A stretch of DNA of 64,000 nt from a virus (taxonomy: Duplodnaviria > Heunggongvirae > Uroviricota > Caudoviricetes): IMG/VR virus record IMGVR_UViG_3300010365_001407, positions 49,463-113,462 of that record; one strand, written 5' to 3'. This document shows, piece by piece, positions 44,973 to 54,900 of the stretch. The position numbers and the translations under genes are program-made. Under the pieces are notes generated by a model. That model was not told where the DNA came from, searched no databases, and was given only the letters and a program-made list of their open reading frames with translations. Positions within the stretch are counted from its first letter, which is position 1. Every line of letters begins with the position of its first letter.

Positions 44973-47900
44973 ATGAGTACATTTTCATCAGCAAATATAA
45001 TACAAAAAAACATAATCACCAAACCTTATCTTCTAACAACAGAAGAATTAAATCAAATAGGTTCTGGTATTAATTTAGTAGGTTATGACTTTCTAAAAAC
45101 ATTACCTACACCAATAGATGAAACTATTGTAAACTTTAGATATGGTAACCCAAGTAGTCCAAGACTATTGAACTGGGTTGAAGATTATACCATTGCAGGA
45201 GTTAAATATACTTTATTTTACACAGAAGTAAATTCAGGTTTAAAAGTAGGTGATAAGGTGTTTATTATTAATGGTGCCTATGATAGTAATTTATTAATTC
45301 AACAGGATAAATATAAGAAAGGTAGAGATGGTTACAAAGTTCTTTTTGTAGATGAATGTATAATTGTATTAGATATAGAATTTATTGGATGGTTGCCTTC
45401 AAGTGAGACATCTGAAAATCAAGATGTTTTTGATGATTTTATTAAAGTTTATTATATTAATGACCAAAATGATTTTATTCATGTAAATAGACAAATTACT
45501 ACAAGAAATTATAATTTTGATTTTAAATTTAATCCATATCAAAATAATCTTATATTTACTGATGTAAATACTTTTGAAAGTGTTGATGGTTGGGGTGAAA
45601 ATGCAGGTTTAACTGGTGGTCCAGGTTTCTTTATAAAAAATGGAACTTATAGTTGGATAAATATAACTACTGATTTTATGTCAGGTTCATATTCTTTGGT
45701 AGATACATATTCAAATAATAAAATACTTATATTAAATGGTGGATTTGCAATTAATGGATTTGAATTTAAAGAAGACTCTGTTTATAAATGGGATTCTACC
45801 TTATTAACTTGGGTAGTTAATGTTAAACATGAGAATAACAATCCACCAATAATTACTAAGTCTAATTTTAGAAGAGGTAAATTTGATGGTCAATGGAATG
45901 GTGGACTTTATGGAACAAGTGATGAAAGAATAATTTGGAATAGTTCAACTGCAACATGGAATTCAGGAACTTTATTAAATACAATATGGCAGACTGGTAT
46001 AATGAATTCATTTTATAGTCAACCAGATAGTTACTTTGCAGAGTTTGATTACTCTTTTGCAACTTCTTCCGCACCTTATGGTTTACCTTATCAAAAAGTT
46101 AATAACCCTGATAATAATGGTTATGGTTATAACTTTGTTATTAATTCAGATATTCAAAATGCTGTTATAAATAATGGTAATGTAACCAATTCAAAATTAG
46201 GTGCAAGTGCAAGTTCATATCTTGTTGTTGAAAAATATTTAGATGGTACATTTGATATTAATAATTTTGGTACAGCAAGTGGACTTACTGTAAATAAAGC
46301 TCTTTTTGATAATTGTAAATTTATAAATGCAAATATTGAAAATACAGAGATTAGAAATTCAAGAGCTGTAAATTCAAGATTTAATAAAGTTAAATCAGTT
46401 AACTCACATTATAAATCTTCATTATTTTTAAATTCAAATTATATTAGTGATAATATAATTAAAGTTCTTGATTATGATGAGTTTACATATAGTAGTTTTA
46501 ATAATGCAACAGAAACTCATAAAGTTTATAAGTTTTATATAAATAAGAGAAGTTATGAAAAGTTTAAATTAAAAGATAGTTTTTATATTAAAGGAATTAA
46601 AATAAATGATAATACTAGTAATTTAATAAACTTCTTTGATACTAAGTTTAAAGTAGGTCCTTGGAAAGAGTATTATGATTATAACTTAGTAGATGCTAAT
46701 GAATATGGATTTCAAAAATTTTCACTTACATATAATGCATTTGTTTCCACACCTAAAGAAAATGAGTATAGATATTCAGTTAATGGTGGAAATTTTTTAC
46801 AAGATATAAAAGGTAAAGATTATTACTCAGTTGATATTTTTGTAAAAAAAGATTTTGATTTGTTACCACTTATAAATATTAATGACAAACCAGCAAAGGA
46901 TTTTAATGATACTTTTATGGGAACTGGTATACTAGATTTTTCAGAAGCTTATATTGTTAACTCTGATTTTGAAAGTGGGGTATTTGAAAACTCAAACTGG
47001 AATAGTGGTAATCATATAAATTATAGTAATGATAATAACATAACTAAAGGTTTAATAAGTGGTGGAGGTTTATATAACTTTACATTATCAAGTTCTGCTA
47101 CAAATAGTTTATTTATAGAAAATACAATATCTAATTTAGGTGTTGATAGTGAAGTTGAATTGGATTACTTTGAAGATGATAGTATTGTATTTTTAAATGC
47201 AGTAGATTATGATACAAGAGGTAAGGTTACTGGTTTCACAATAGTAAATCAAGGTGCTGGTTATACAAGTTCTATATTAACAACATCAGGAGGTTCTGGA
47301 ACAGGATTAACTATTGATGTACAAGCATCAACAATTGGTTCTGTTAATGGAATTCTGTTTGTTCCAGATAATAATAATAATTATTATGATGCTACCTTAG
47401 GTTATACTACAAGATTTACAAATGTTGTAACTCAGAATGGTCCAACTACTGGTGTAGGATTGGAAGTATTAATAACAGTTAGTAACTTAGCCCCATATTT
47501 TATAACATCTATATCAGTATCTAGTGCAGGTTATGGTTATAATATAGGAGATGAATTAGAAGTTCAACATGTTAATAGTAATGAACCACCTGGAACAACA
47601 AAATTTACAATTACTTCCATATTAAATGGTGGGGTTTTAAATACTTCTACACAATCATATCAAGGTTTAGGTTATCAAGTTGGTGACTTAGTTACATTGG
47701 TTGGTGGTGTTGTACCATCAATTATAGAAATAAATAGTGTTGAAGGAACATTAACAAGATTACCAGATGCATATAAAATTAAAAGAACTATAAATGGTAC
47801 AACACAACAACTTGAATTAATATCATTAACTGGTCTACCTACATTATTAGATAATGGATTATTTTTAACAACAAATGCTGAGAATAAGTATGGTTATTTA

Positions 47901-50399
47901 CATAAAACTAAATTCAATAGATCTAGATTAATTACAGGTATATTTAAAAGAGCTTATATTACTAATTCATTATTGAGAGATGAATCTTTTGATGTTAGTG
48001 ATAAAGACTTTAATAATATTAAAAAGTTAAAAAATTTAATATTTATAGATACTATATTCTCAAATAACTCTAATATTTTATCTAAGGCAACTTATATGAA
48101 TTCATCTTTTGTAGGTGGTACTGATATATGGGATAATGGTATAGTTTATGATTCTATTTGGAATGGAGGAAACTTTAAAAATGGATTAGTAAAAGAATCA
48201 ATTTGGGTAGATGGTATATTTAGTGATGGTCTATTTTATAACTCAAGAAGTTTTAATAATGACTTATTAGGTGTTGACTATAATGAAAATGTAAAAACCA
48301 GATATTATAAAAGTGGTACTGAATCTAATGCAAGATTTTCATGGCAAAATGGTACATTTTTAAATGGTGAATTTTATAAAAGTGATTGGGAAAATGGAGT
48401 ATTTAATGGTGGTAAGTTTTACTATTCTAAATTTTATAATGGAATATTTAATAATGGTGTTATAGGTGATAGATCAATTCCTATAGATGATACTTGGTTC
48501 TATAATGGAACTATAAATTATGCAGTTGTGGAAAATTCCAAAATTGTTTCTCAGAAGTATAATGGTATTTCAAATTCTGTTATTACTTGGAACAATGGTA
48601 TATTTAATTCAGGTGTTTTTGGTACAAATGATACACAAATGGTGACTTTGACTAACCCAGGTGGAGGCACCACAACCAGTTTTGTAGTTAATACTGCTAC
48701 TTGGAGTTATGGTATATTTAATGGTGGTGAGTTTAGAAATAAAGCAAAATGGAAAGATGGTATATTTAATGGTGGTAAATTCTTATCTAACTATGGATTA
48801 AATTTACCTGACAATAGTTTACAACCTAAAGAAGACTATTCTTGGGAGTATGGTATATTTAATGGAGGTGAGTTTGGTAATGCAAACACTATAACTAACT
48901 CAAATTGGTTTGATGGTGAGTTTAATGGAGGGCAGTTTAAGGGAAGAGTTTGGAATAATGGTATATTCTCATTTGGAGAATTTTTAGGAAGTGGTGGTAT
49001 TGCAATTGGTGGAACATCATCAATTGTATTACAATCTAATCCAGGTAAATTTGTAAACTCATATAATTTCCCACCATTTGGATCTATAAGAAGATACTAT
49101 GGTCTATGGAGAAATGGTTATGTAACTGATATTAAAGATAAGTATATTACAGATAAAAAATTATATACTGATATTAAAAGGTCAAGTGATACTACTAAAG
49201 TTGTCAATAAAGCTATTTTAAAAAATATGCTTTGGGAAAAAGGTATATTTTCACACCCAGGTGGTGAGATGATTAACTCAGTTTGGTTGGATGGTACATT
49301 TGAAAGTGGTAGATTTTTATCAAGTTCATTTAATCCTTATGTAACAAGAAATGGTGTTAATAGATTTAATTTTAGTGATACTTGTTCTTGGAAGAATGGT
49401 ATATTTGATGGTGGTGAGTTTAATATTTCTACTTGGGAAAATGGAACATTTGTTTCAGGAACTGCAGTAGGTATGAATTGGAAAAATGGTATTGTTAATT
49501 ATATGAATGCATATAATGTATTCTGGGAAGATGGTTTATGGAGAAATGGTAACTGGAATGGTTCTTATTTTAACTTAACTAAAACAGGTTCAGTTATTGA
49601 TAATTATGCATTACAAGTTCTAAACAATGGCATGCCACTTGGTGTTACATCATCATCTTTACATGTTTGGAATATATTTCATAATGAATCATTAAGTGAT
49701 TATACACAATCTAATACAACAGGATTTGTATTTTCAGCCAATACTAATGATGATAGTCCACCTGCTTGGAGTTCAAATAGTAGTTTTGGAGAAGTTGGTA
49801 CAATACCTACAACTTCTTCAATTACTATAACTTGGGATCCTGCAGATCCTGAGTTTGATTTATTACCAGAACCACTTACTACTGAGAATAGAATTGGTTC
49901 AAATACTTCTATGAAAATTTTATTAACAAGTGTACTTAATAATTTAATAAATGCAGAATGGCAACTAAGTTCAGATGGTACAAATTGGTCTTCAAGTCCT
50001 GTAACTATTGCAGTTGAAAATATATTTACACAAATGCCTATAGGTGATAACTATTTCAGAATTGAGGATACAATAACCACTGGATTATCAATAAGTACAA
50101 TATATTCTAATGTTTTAAAATACACAAAACAATCATACTCATTTTTAGTTTCAGTAGGAGTCAAATCATGTCAGTATTCAAATTTTGTGGGTCAAACAGT
50201 ATTTTCAACTCAGTTTACAGAAACTTTATATTCTGATTCACCTACATTAACATATAATACAATCTTATATACAAATCCAAATCTTACAATACTTACAAAT
50301 GTAACAACAATAAAATTAGAGACAGGATTAATAATTTTTGAGTTGGTTTCAGGTGAAATTTTGAATTTGACTCCTGTAGGTGAGATTTGTTTTAACTAA
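44973..50399 (+). CDS. giant virion protein (tail fibre / appendage-like) with W-x-x-G-x-F-N-G-G-x-F repeats
   Basis: 1808 aa; central region has many degenerate repeats such as WENGVFNGGKFY, WKDGIFNGGKFL, YGIFNGGEFGN and WFDGEFNGGQFKG. Gly/Asn/Ser/Thr-rich. Confidence 0.6.
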   Translation: MSTFSSANIIQKNIITKPYLLTTEELNQIGSGINLVGYDFLKTLPTPIDETIVNFRYGNPSSPRLLNWVEDYTIAGVKYTLFYTEVNSGLKVGDKVFIINGAYDSNLLIQQDKYKKGRDGYKVLFVDECIIVLDIEFIGWLPSSETSENQDVFDDFIKVYYINDQNDFIHVNRQITTRNYNFDFKFNPYQNNLIFTDVNTFESVDGWGENAGLTGGPGFFIKNGTYSWINITTDFMSGSYSLVDTYSNNKILILNGGFAINGFEFKEDSVYKWDSTLLTWVVNVKHENNNPPIITKSNFRRGKFDGQWNGGLYGTSDERIIWNSSTATWNSGTLLNTIWQTGIMNSFYSQPDSYFAEFDYSFATSSAPYGLPYQKVNNPDNNGYGYNFVINSDIQNAVINNGNVTNSKLGASASSYLVVEKYLDGTFDINNFGTASGLTVNKALFDNCKFINANIENTEIRNSRAVNSRFNKVKSVNSHYKSSLFLNSNYISDNIIKVLDYDEFTYSSFNNATETHKVYKFYINKRSYEKFKLKDSFYIKGIKINDNTSNLINFFDTKFKVGPWKEYYDYNLVDANEYGFQKFSLTYNAFVSTPKENEYRYSVNGGNFLQDIKGKDYYSVDIFVKKDFDLLPLININDKPAKDFNDTFMGTGILDFSEAYIVNSDFESGVFENSNWNSGNHINYSNDNNITKGLISGGGLYNFTLSSSATNSLFIENTISNLGVDSEVELDYFEDDSIVFLNAVDYDTRGKVTGFTIVNQGAGYTSSILTTSGGSGTGLTIDVQASTIGSVNGILFVPDNNNNYYDATLGYTTRFTNVVTQNGPTTGVGLEVLITVSNLAPYFITSISVSSAGYGYNIGDELEVQHVNSNEPPGTTKFTITSILNGGVLNTSTQSYQGLGYQVGDLVTLVGGVVPSIIEINSVEGTLTRLPDAYKIKRTINGTTQQLELISLTGLPTLLDNGLFLTTNAENKYGYLHKTKFNRSRLITGIFKRAYITNSLLRDESFDVSDKDFNNIKKLKNLIFIDTIFSNNSNILSKATYMNSSFVGGTDIWDNGIVYDSIWNGGNFKNGLVKESIWVDGIFSDGLFYNSRSFNNDLLGVDYNENVKTRYYKSGTESNARFSWQNGTFLNGEFYKSDWENGVFNGGKFYYSKFYNGIFNNGVIGDRSIPIDDTWFYNGTINYAVVENSKIVSQKYNGISNSVITWNNGIFNSGVFGTNDTQMVTLTNPGGGTTTSFVVNTATWSYGIFNGGEFRNKAKWKDGIFNGGKFLSNYGLNLPDNSLQPKEDYSWEYGIFNGGEFGNANTITNSNWFDGEFNGGQFKGRVWNNGIFSFGEFLGSGGIAIGGTSSIVLQSNPGKFVNSYNFPPFGSIRRYYGLWRNGYVTDIKDKYITDKKLYTDIKRSSDTTKVVNKAILKNMLWEKGIFSHPGGEMINSVWLDGTFESGRFLSSSFNPYVTRNGVNRFNFSDTCSWKNGIFDGGEFNISTWENGTFVSGTAVGMNWKNGIVNYMNAYNVFWEDGLWRNGNWNGSYFNLTKTGSVIDNYALQVLNNGMPLGVTSSSLHVWNIFHNESLSDYTQSNTTGFVFSANTNDDSPPAWSSNSSFGEVGTIPTTSSITITWDPADPEFDLLPEPLTTENRIGSNTSMKILLTSVLNNLINAEWQLSSDGTNWSSSPVTIAVENIFTQMPIGDNYFRIEDTITTGLSISTIYSNVLKYTKQSYSFLVSVGVKSCQYSNFVGQTVFSTQFTETLYSDSPTLTYNTILYTNPNLTILTNVTTIKLETGLIIFELVSGEILNLTPVGEICFN

Positions 50400-50427
50400 A
50401 GTACATAAAAATAAAATAAAATATAAT

Positions 50428-51852
50428 ATGTCAAATATAATAAACTTAACTTGGAATGGTGCAACTGATGACAATGGTATATCAGGTTATCAAATCCAAT
50501 GGAGAACATTAACAACATCACCTTGGTCTCAACCTATTTTAGTTAATCATAATCCCAATTCACCAGGAAATACACCAACAAGTGGAGGTGGTAGTTATAG
50601 TCATACTATAACTCAATTACGTGACCATACATTTAGAATAAGAATAATAGATAGTGTAGGTCAATTTAGTGCATATAAAACAGTTGAAGTACCTGTTGAT
50701 ACTTCAACTATATTAATTTCAAGTCAAGGTGTTGCATTTGGAAACAATTTAGTATGTACTTCAAATACATTAAATCCTATAAATCCTATATTACTTAAAA
50801 ATAATAATGTAACTGCTAATACAATAGTAGATGATTTAACTTTTGTCAAAAATACTGATAATAGTACATTCAATGGACAAAGCCAGTTTTGGAGAATATT
50901 ATTTAATAACATAAGTTATAAATGTCTAATAAATACATTAGGTATGATTGAGTCACATGTAGAATGTTCTTCTAATGTTAAAACATTTAATATATCAAGT
51001 CAAGGTTATGATTCAAATATAACAAACGGTCCAATATGTGTAGCAGACTTAAATAACACAATATATTTTAATAATGAATTAGCAATTGGTACTATAATAT
51101 ATACTACTTTAAATGTGAATGGTACTTTATCAAATCTATTTATTGGTAATAATAGATACTATTTAATTAGTGATAATGATTTTTACTATATTATTCGAAT
51201 ACAGAGTAATGGTAGTGTATCATCTATTCAAGATTATACTGCTGTCTGTCAGTTAGATGATCCAAATAATGTTATTGTTATTTGTTGTTTTGTAAAAGGA
51301 ACTAAAATAACAATGTTTGATTATACAACTAAAAATATTGAAGATGTTAAAATTGGTGATATTGTAATAACTTATAATGAAGAAACTAAATTACAAGAAC
51401 CTGGTGAAGTAACAAATATTGCAAGTCCAGTAAAAAATAATATAGTTGAATATAAATTATCAAATGATGTAATAATTAAATCTACTACTTGTCATCCTTA
51501 TTGGGTTATTGGTAAAGGTTGGTCATCATTTGATAAGAAACTAACTAAGAAGTTATATGATTTTGATGTGGAACAAATATTAGAAAATGATATTTTACTT
51601 ACAATAGATAATAAAAAAGTTATAGTTGATAAAATAACTGAACTAATAACTAAAGAAGTTACTACATATAATTTAGAAATATTGGGTAATCATACATATT
51701 ATGCAAATGGTATTTTAGTACATAATAAAACTGCTATTCCTCCTGCACCAAACAGGTATGATGAATTTGGTAATCAAACTTCTGCTTGGACTACATGGAA
51801 TAACTTGTATAGTAGTGTACCAACTTGTACTATTGCTGCTCAAGAACCATAA
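50428..51852 (+). CDS. fibronectin-III-like protein with a C-terminal Hint (intein/hedgehog-type) autoprocessing domain
   Basis: Internal ATG at 50428 chosen; the track ORF starts at 50380 inside the previous gene. FN3-like LTWNGATDDNGISGYQIQWRT. Hint blocks CFVKGTKITMFDY...DVKIGDIV (A), TTCHPYW (B) and TYNLEILGNHTYYANGILVHN (F/G), followed by Lys, not Cys/Ser/Thr. Confidence 0.6.
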   Translation: MSNIINLTWNGATDDNGISGYQIQWRTLTTSPWSQPILVNHNPNSPGNTPTSGGGSYSHTITQLRDHTFRIRIIDSVGQFSAYKTVEVPVDTSTILISSQGVAFGNNLVCTSNTLNPINPILLKNNNVTANTIVDDLTFVKNTDNSTFNGQSQFWRILFNNISYKCLINTLGMIESHVECSSNVKTFNISSQGYDSNITNGPICVADLNNTIYFNNELAIGTIIYTTLNVNGTLSNLFIGNNRYYLISDNDFYYIIRIQSNGSVSSIQDYTAVCQLDDPNNVIVICCFVKGTKITMFDYTTKNIEDVKIGDIVITYNEETKLQEPGEVTNIASPVKNNIVEYKLSNDVIIKSTTCHPYWVIGKGWSSFDKKLTKKLYDFDVEQILENDILLTIDNKKVIVDKITELITKEVTTYNLEILGNHTYYANGILVHNKTAIPPAPNRYDEFGNQTSAWTTWNNLYSSVPTCTIAAQEP

Positions 51853-51895
51853 AGTTTCATCAACACTATAAAAAATAATCAAAGTGATAAACTTA

Positions 51896-51911
51896 AATTA
51901 ATATATAGTTT
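51896..51911 (+). promoter_or_regulatory. AATTAATATATAGTTT promoter-like motif
   Basis: Abuts the ATG at 51912. Confidence 0.35.
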
Positions 51912-54900
51912 ATGCAAAACTCATCAACATTTTATGATAGAAATTCTTTACAAAGTTGGGAATTTAATATATTAAATAATGGTATAACTAGAAAACTAAG
52001 AAATTCACCTATTCCATTGTATATAAATAGTGAATTTACAAATGCTAATTTATATAATCAAAAGAAGAATTATCAATTTTTAACTACTATTAAAGGTGGA
52101 TCTGCATCTACACTAGATATACAATTAAGTAATCCTTTTAAGGCAGGTTCTGTAAAAGAATTATCAATTTTGGAAAATAGTGAAGTACAATTTTATACTT
52201 ATGCAAGTCCAATTTCATCTGAAAGTTCTGTTAATATAATTAGATATGGTGCATTAGATACATTTACATCAAGTTATATAAAAGCATCATCAATTAGAGA
52301 GATAGACTTTTTAATAAATGGATATAGAGAGTTTAGATACTTAAATGTTTCTGAGAATGATGAAAGTCAACCAAATGGATGGTGTTATGAAATTAACTCC
52401 ACTTCTAATACTGGTTCATATAACTGGTATTTTTCATCAACATCAAGTGTTATTCCACCAACATACTCAACTTTTGGATCTGGATTAGAAGCAGTTTCAC
52501 CTAATAATGACTATATAGCAACTTTAATTGATTATGATTATTTCAATTTAGATTTTACTTTTAATTTCACTGGTGGTAATTCAAATGATAAAATGGAAGC
52601 ATTTTTGGTAAATAAAAATGACTTAAAATTGGGTAGAAATTCTTGGGGTAATCCAATTAACTTTGAAGTAAGTGGTTTATCTGGTGTGACTAGTTCACTT
52701 AATACAATTGCTACATTTAGTCAAATAAATTTAGCAGCTACAAATATTAATGGAACTAAAAGATATTTGGTTTTTAGACCAAGTATGTCAACTTTACCAA
52801 GAACTACAACATATGTTGCAAATATATCAATTGTAAGTTTAGTTGGTGGATATAATCCATTAAACAATCTACAAGTAGTACCTGCAACATCTTCTACAAC
52901 TAGCAATATAGATATTAATATAATAGATTCAGTATATAATTTTCAATCTGTTTCAAATGGTGTAACATTTAGTTTGGCATCAAAAATAGGAAATGGTTAT
53001 TTTAAAGCAGGTATTTGGGAAAATGGAGTTTGGAATAATGGTTGGAGAGATGATACAGTAGTGGCAGATTTTGATGATATTTACTCTGCATTTCTTTATG
53101 CATATGATGTATCTTGGAAAATAAAAATTAGTGGTTCAAAGGCTTCATGTAATTCATTTAAAGTTGGTGATAAAGTAGCAATTGGTAATATTATAGCAAT
53201 TGATATAAATGAAAATAGAAATCTATTAAGAGATTATTATAATATAACAGAGGTATATATAAATCCTGATAATTCTGGAACTAATTGGATTGAAGTTAGT
53301 TTAAATACTACATTTCCATATAGAAGAATTGAAAAAGATTCATCTAATCACAAAATTAAGATAACTAAAAACATTTGGTTATCAGGTGCATTTTTTAATG
53401 GTTATTTCTCAGGAGTTTGGAATAATGGGTTATTTAAAGGTTATCCTAAAATTACAGAAATGTTTGATACTCATTGGATTGATGGTTTTTTTAATGGAGG
53501 ACATTTTAACTCTACTTATCCAGATTTTTATTTTACTGATATAGAATCTACTGAAAATTGTCAAGTTAGTAATATTACTTTAGTATTTGGTACTGCAACA
53601 CCTCCAAGAACTTCTGGACATAATTTACTTCCAGGGGATTATATAATAATTGAAAAGGATATATCTTATATTCCTAATTCAAATAATACTACATCAACTG
53701 CTATATTATATAATCCAGAATATAATGGTATTGCTAAAGTTTTGGGAGTTAATGGAAATAATGTTGTTGTTGATAAGAAACAAAATCAGATATTAGCATT
53801 TCCAGAATCTGGTAAAGTTACTAGATATACTGCATCTAGTGTTATACAAAACTTTAAGTTTTATGATACTAATAGATCGTTATTAAAATCAAATGAAAGT
53901 TCAATTTCATCAAGTATATTTAGTTTTAATTCTTGGATAGATACTAATTATGATACTACAAGATCAGTTACATTAGGTAGAGATTTTAGGTCATATGAAC
54001 CACTAACTCGTAAATCTGTAAATAGAAATAATTTGTATGGTTACCCTACATATGATGTACTTTCAAGTGCATCACGTTTTAGAAATTCTTTTGACTTAAA
54101 TTATGGATTGTATAAGTTAGGAACTAAATATAAATTATTTACTGATTTTATTGGTGATGGTTCTGCATTTAATGAACCATTTGATCCAAAACTAGATAAT
54201 ATATCTAATTTTTATAATGCTGGTTGGACTTTTTCAACTAAACCAAATTGTTCTACTGATTTAACATTTAATAGATCTGAAGCAGTTATATCAGCAGATA
54301 GTGCTTCAATTATTTCTACTACAATACAAGATTATATAGATGCTGGTGTTACTGGAAATGAATTGTATTTAACTGCAACTAACTCAGGTGCAATATTAAA
54401 TAATGATAAAATTAATGTAGCAAAAACAAGATATAGTGTAGTAGAGTTTGATGTTGTTACATATAGCATTACCAATTCTAAATTTATACAAACTAATCAA
54501 AGGTTATATGATTCAGAAACTGAACTCAGTGGTCCACCTTTAAATCTTGCAACACAATCAAATATTTCAGTTGATAATTTAACACTTACTGCAAGTAATA
54601 TTTTCACATTTGATGTTGGTTCTCAAGGAACTTCAATGATTCCAGAAAATAACTTTTTTGATGGATTTGATGGTGAAGTTTGGTCTGTTGATAAACAATC
54701 AGATGGTAAGATTATAGTGGCTGGTAATTTTACTGAATATAATGGTTCACCAACACCAAAACCTAAAATTTGTAGAATAGATAATGGTGTATTAGATATG
54801 TCATTTAATCCTGATATTAATGATTTTAATCCTACATATATAGATTTTATAAAAGTGTTAGTTGTTAAAGATTATTTACCAATGTTTGATAAGATATTTT

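Noticed and set aside
50428-51852. Whether the Hint domain is a true intein interrupting a host extein.
   Set aside because: The residue following the terminal HN is Lys, with no +1 Cys/Ser/Thr, and only about 41 residues follow. It is better explained as an autoprocessing BIL/hedgehog-type domain.
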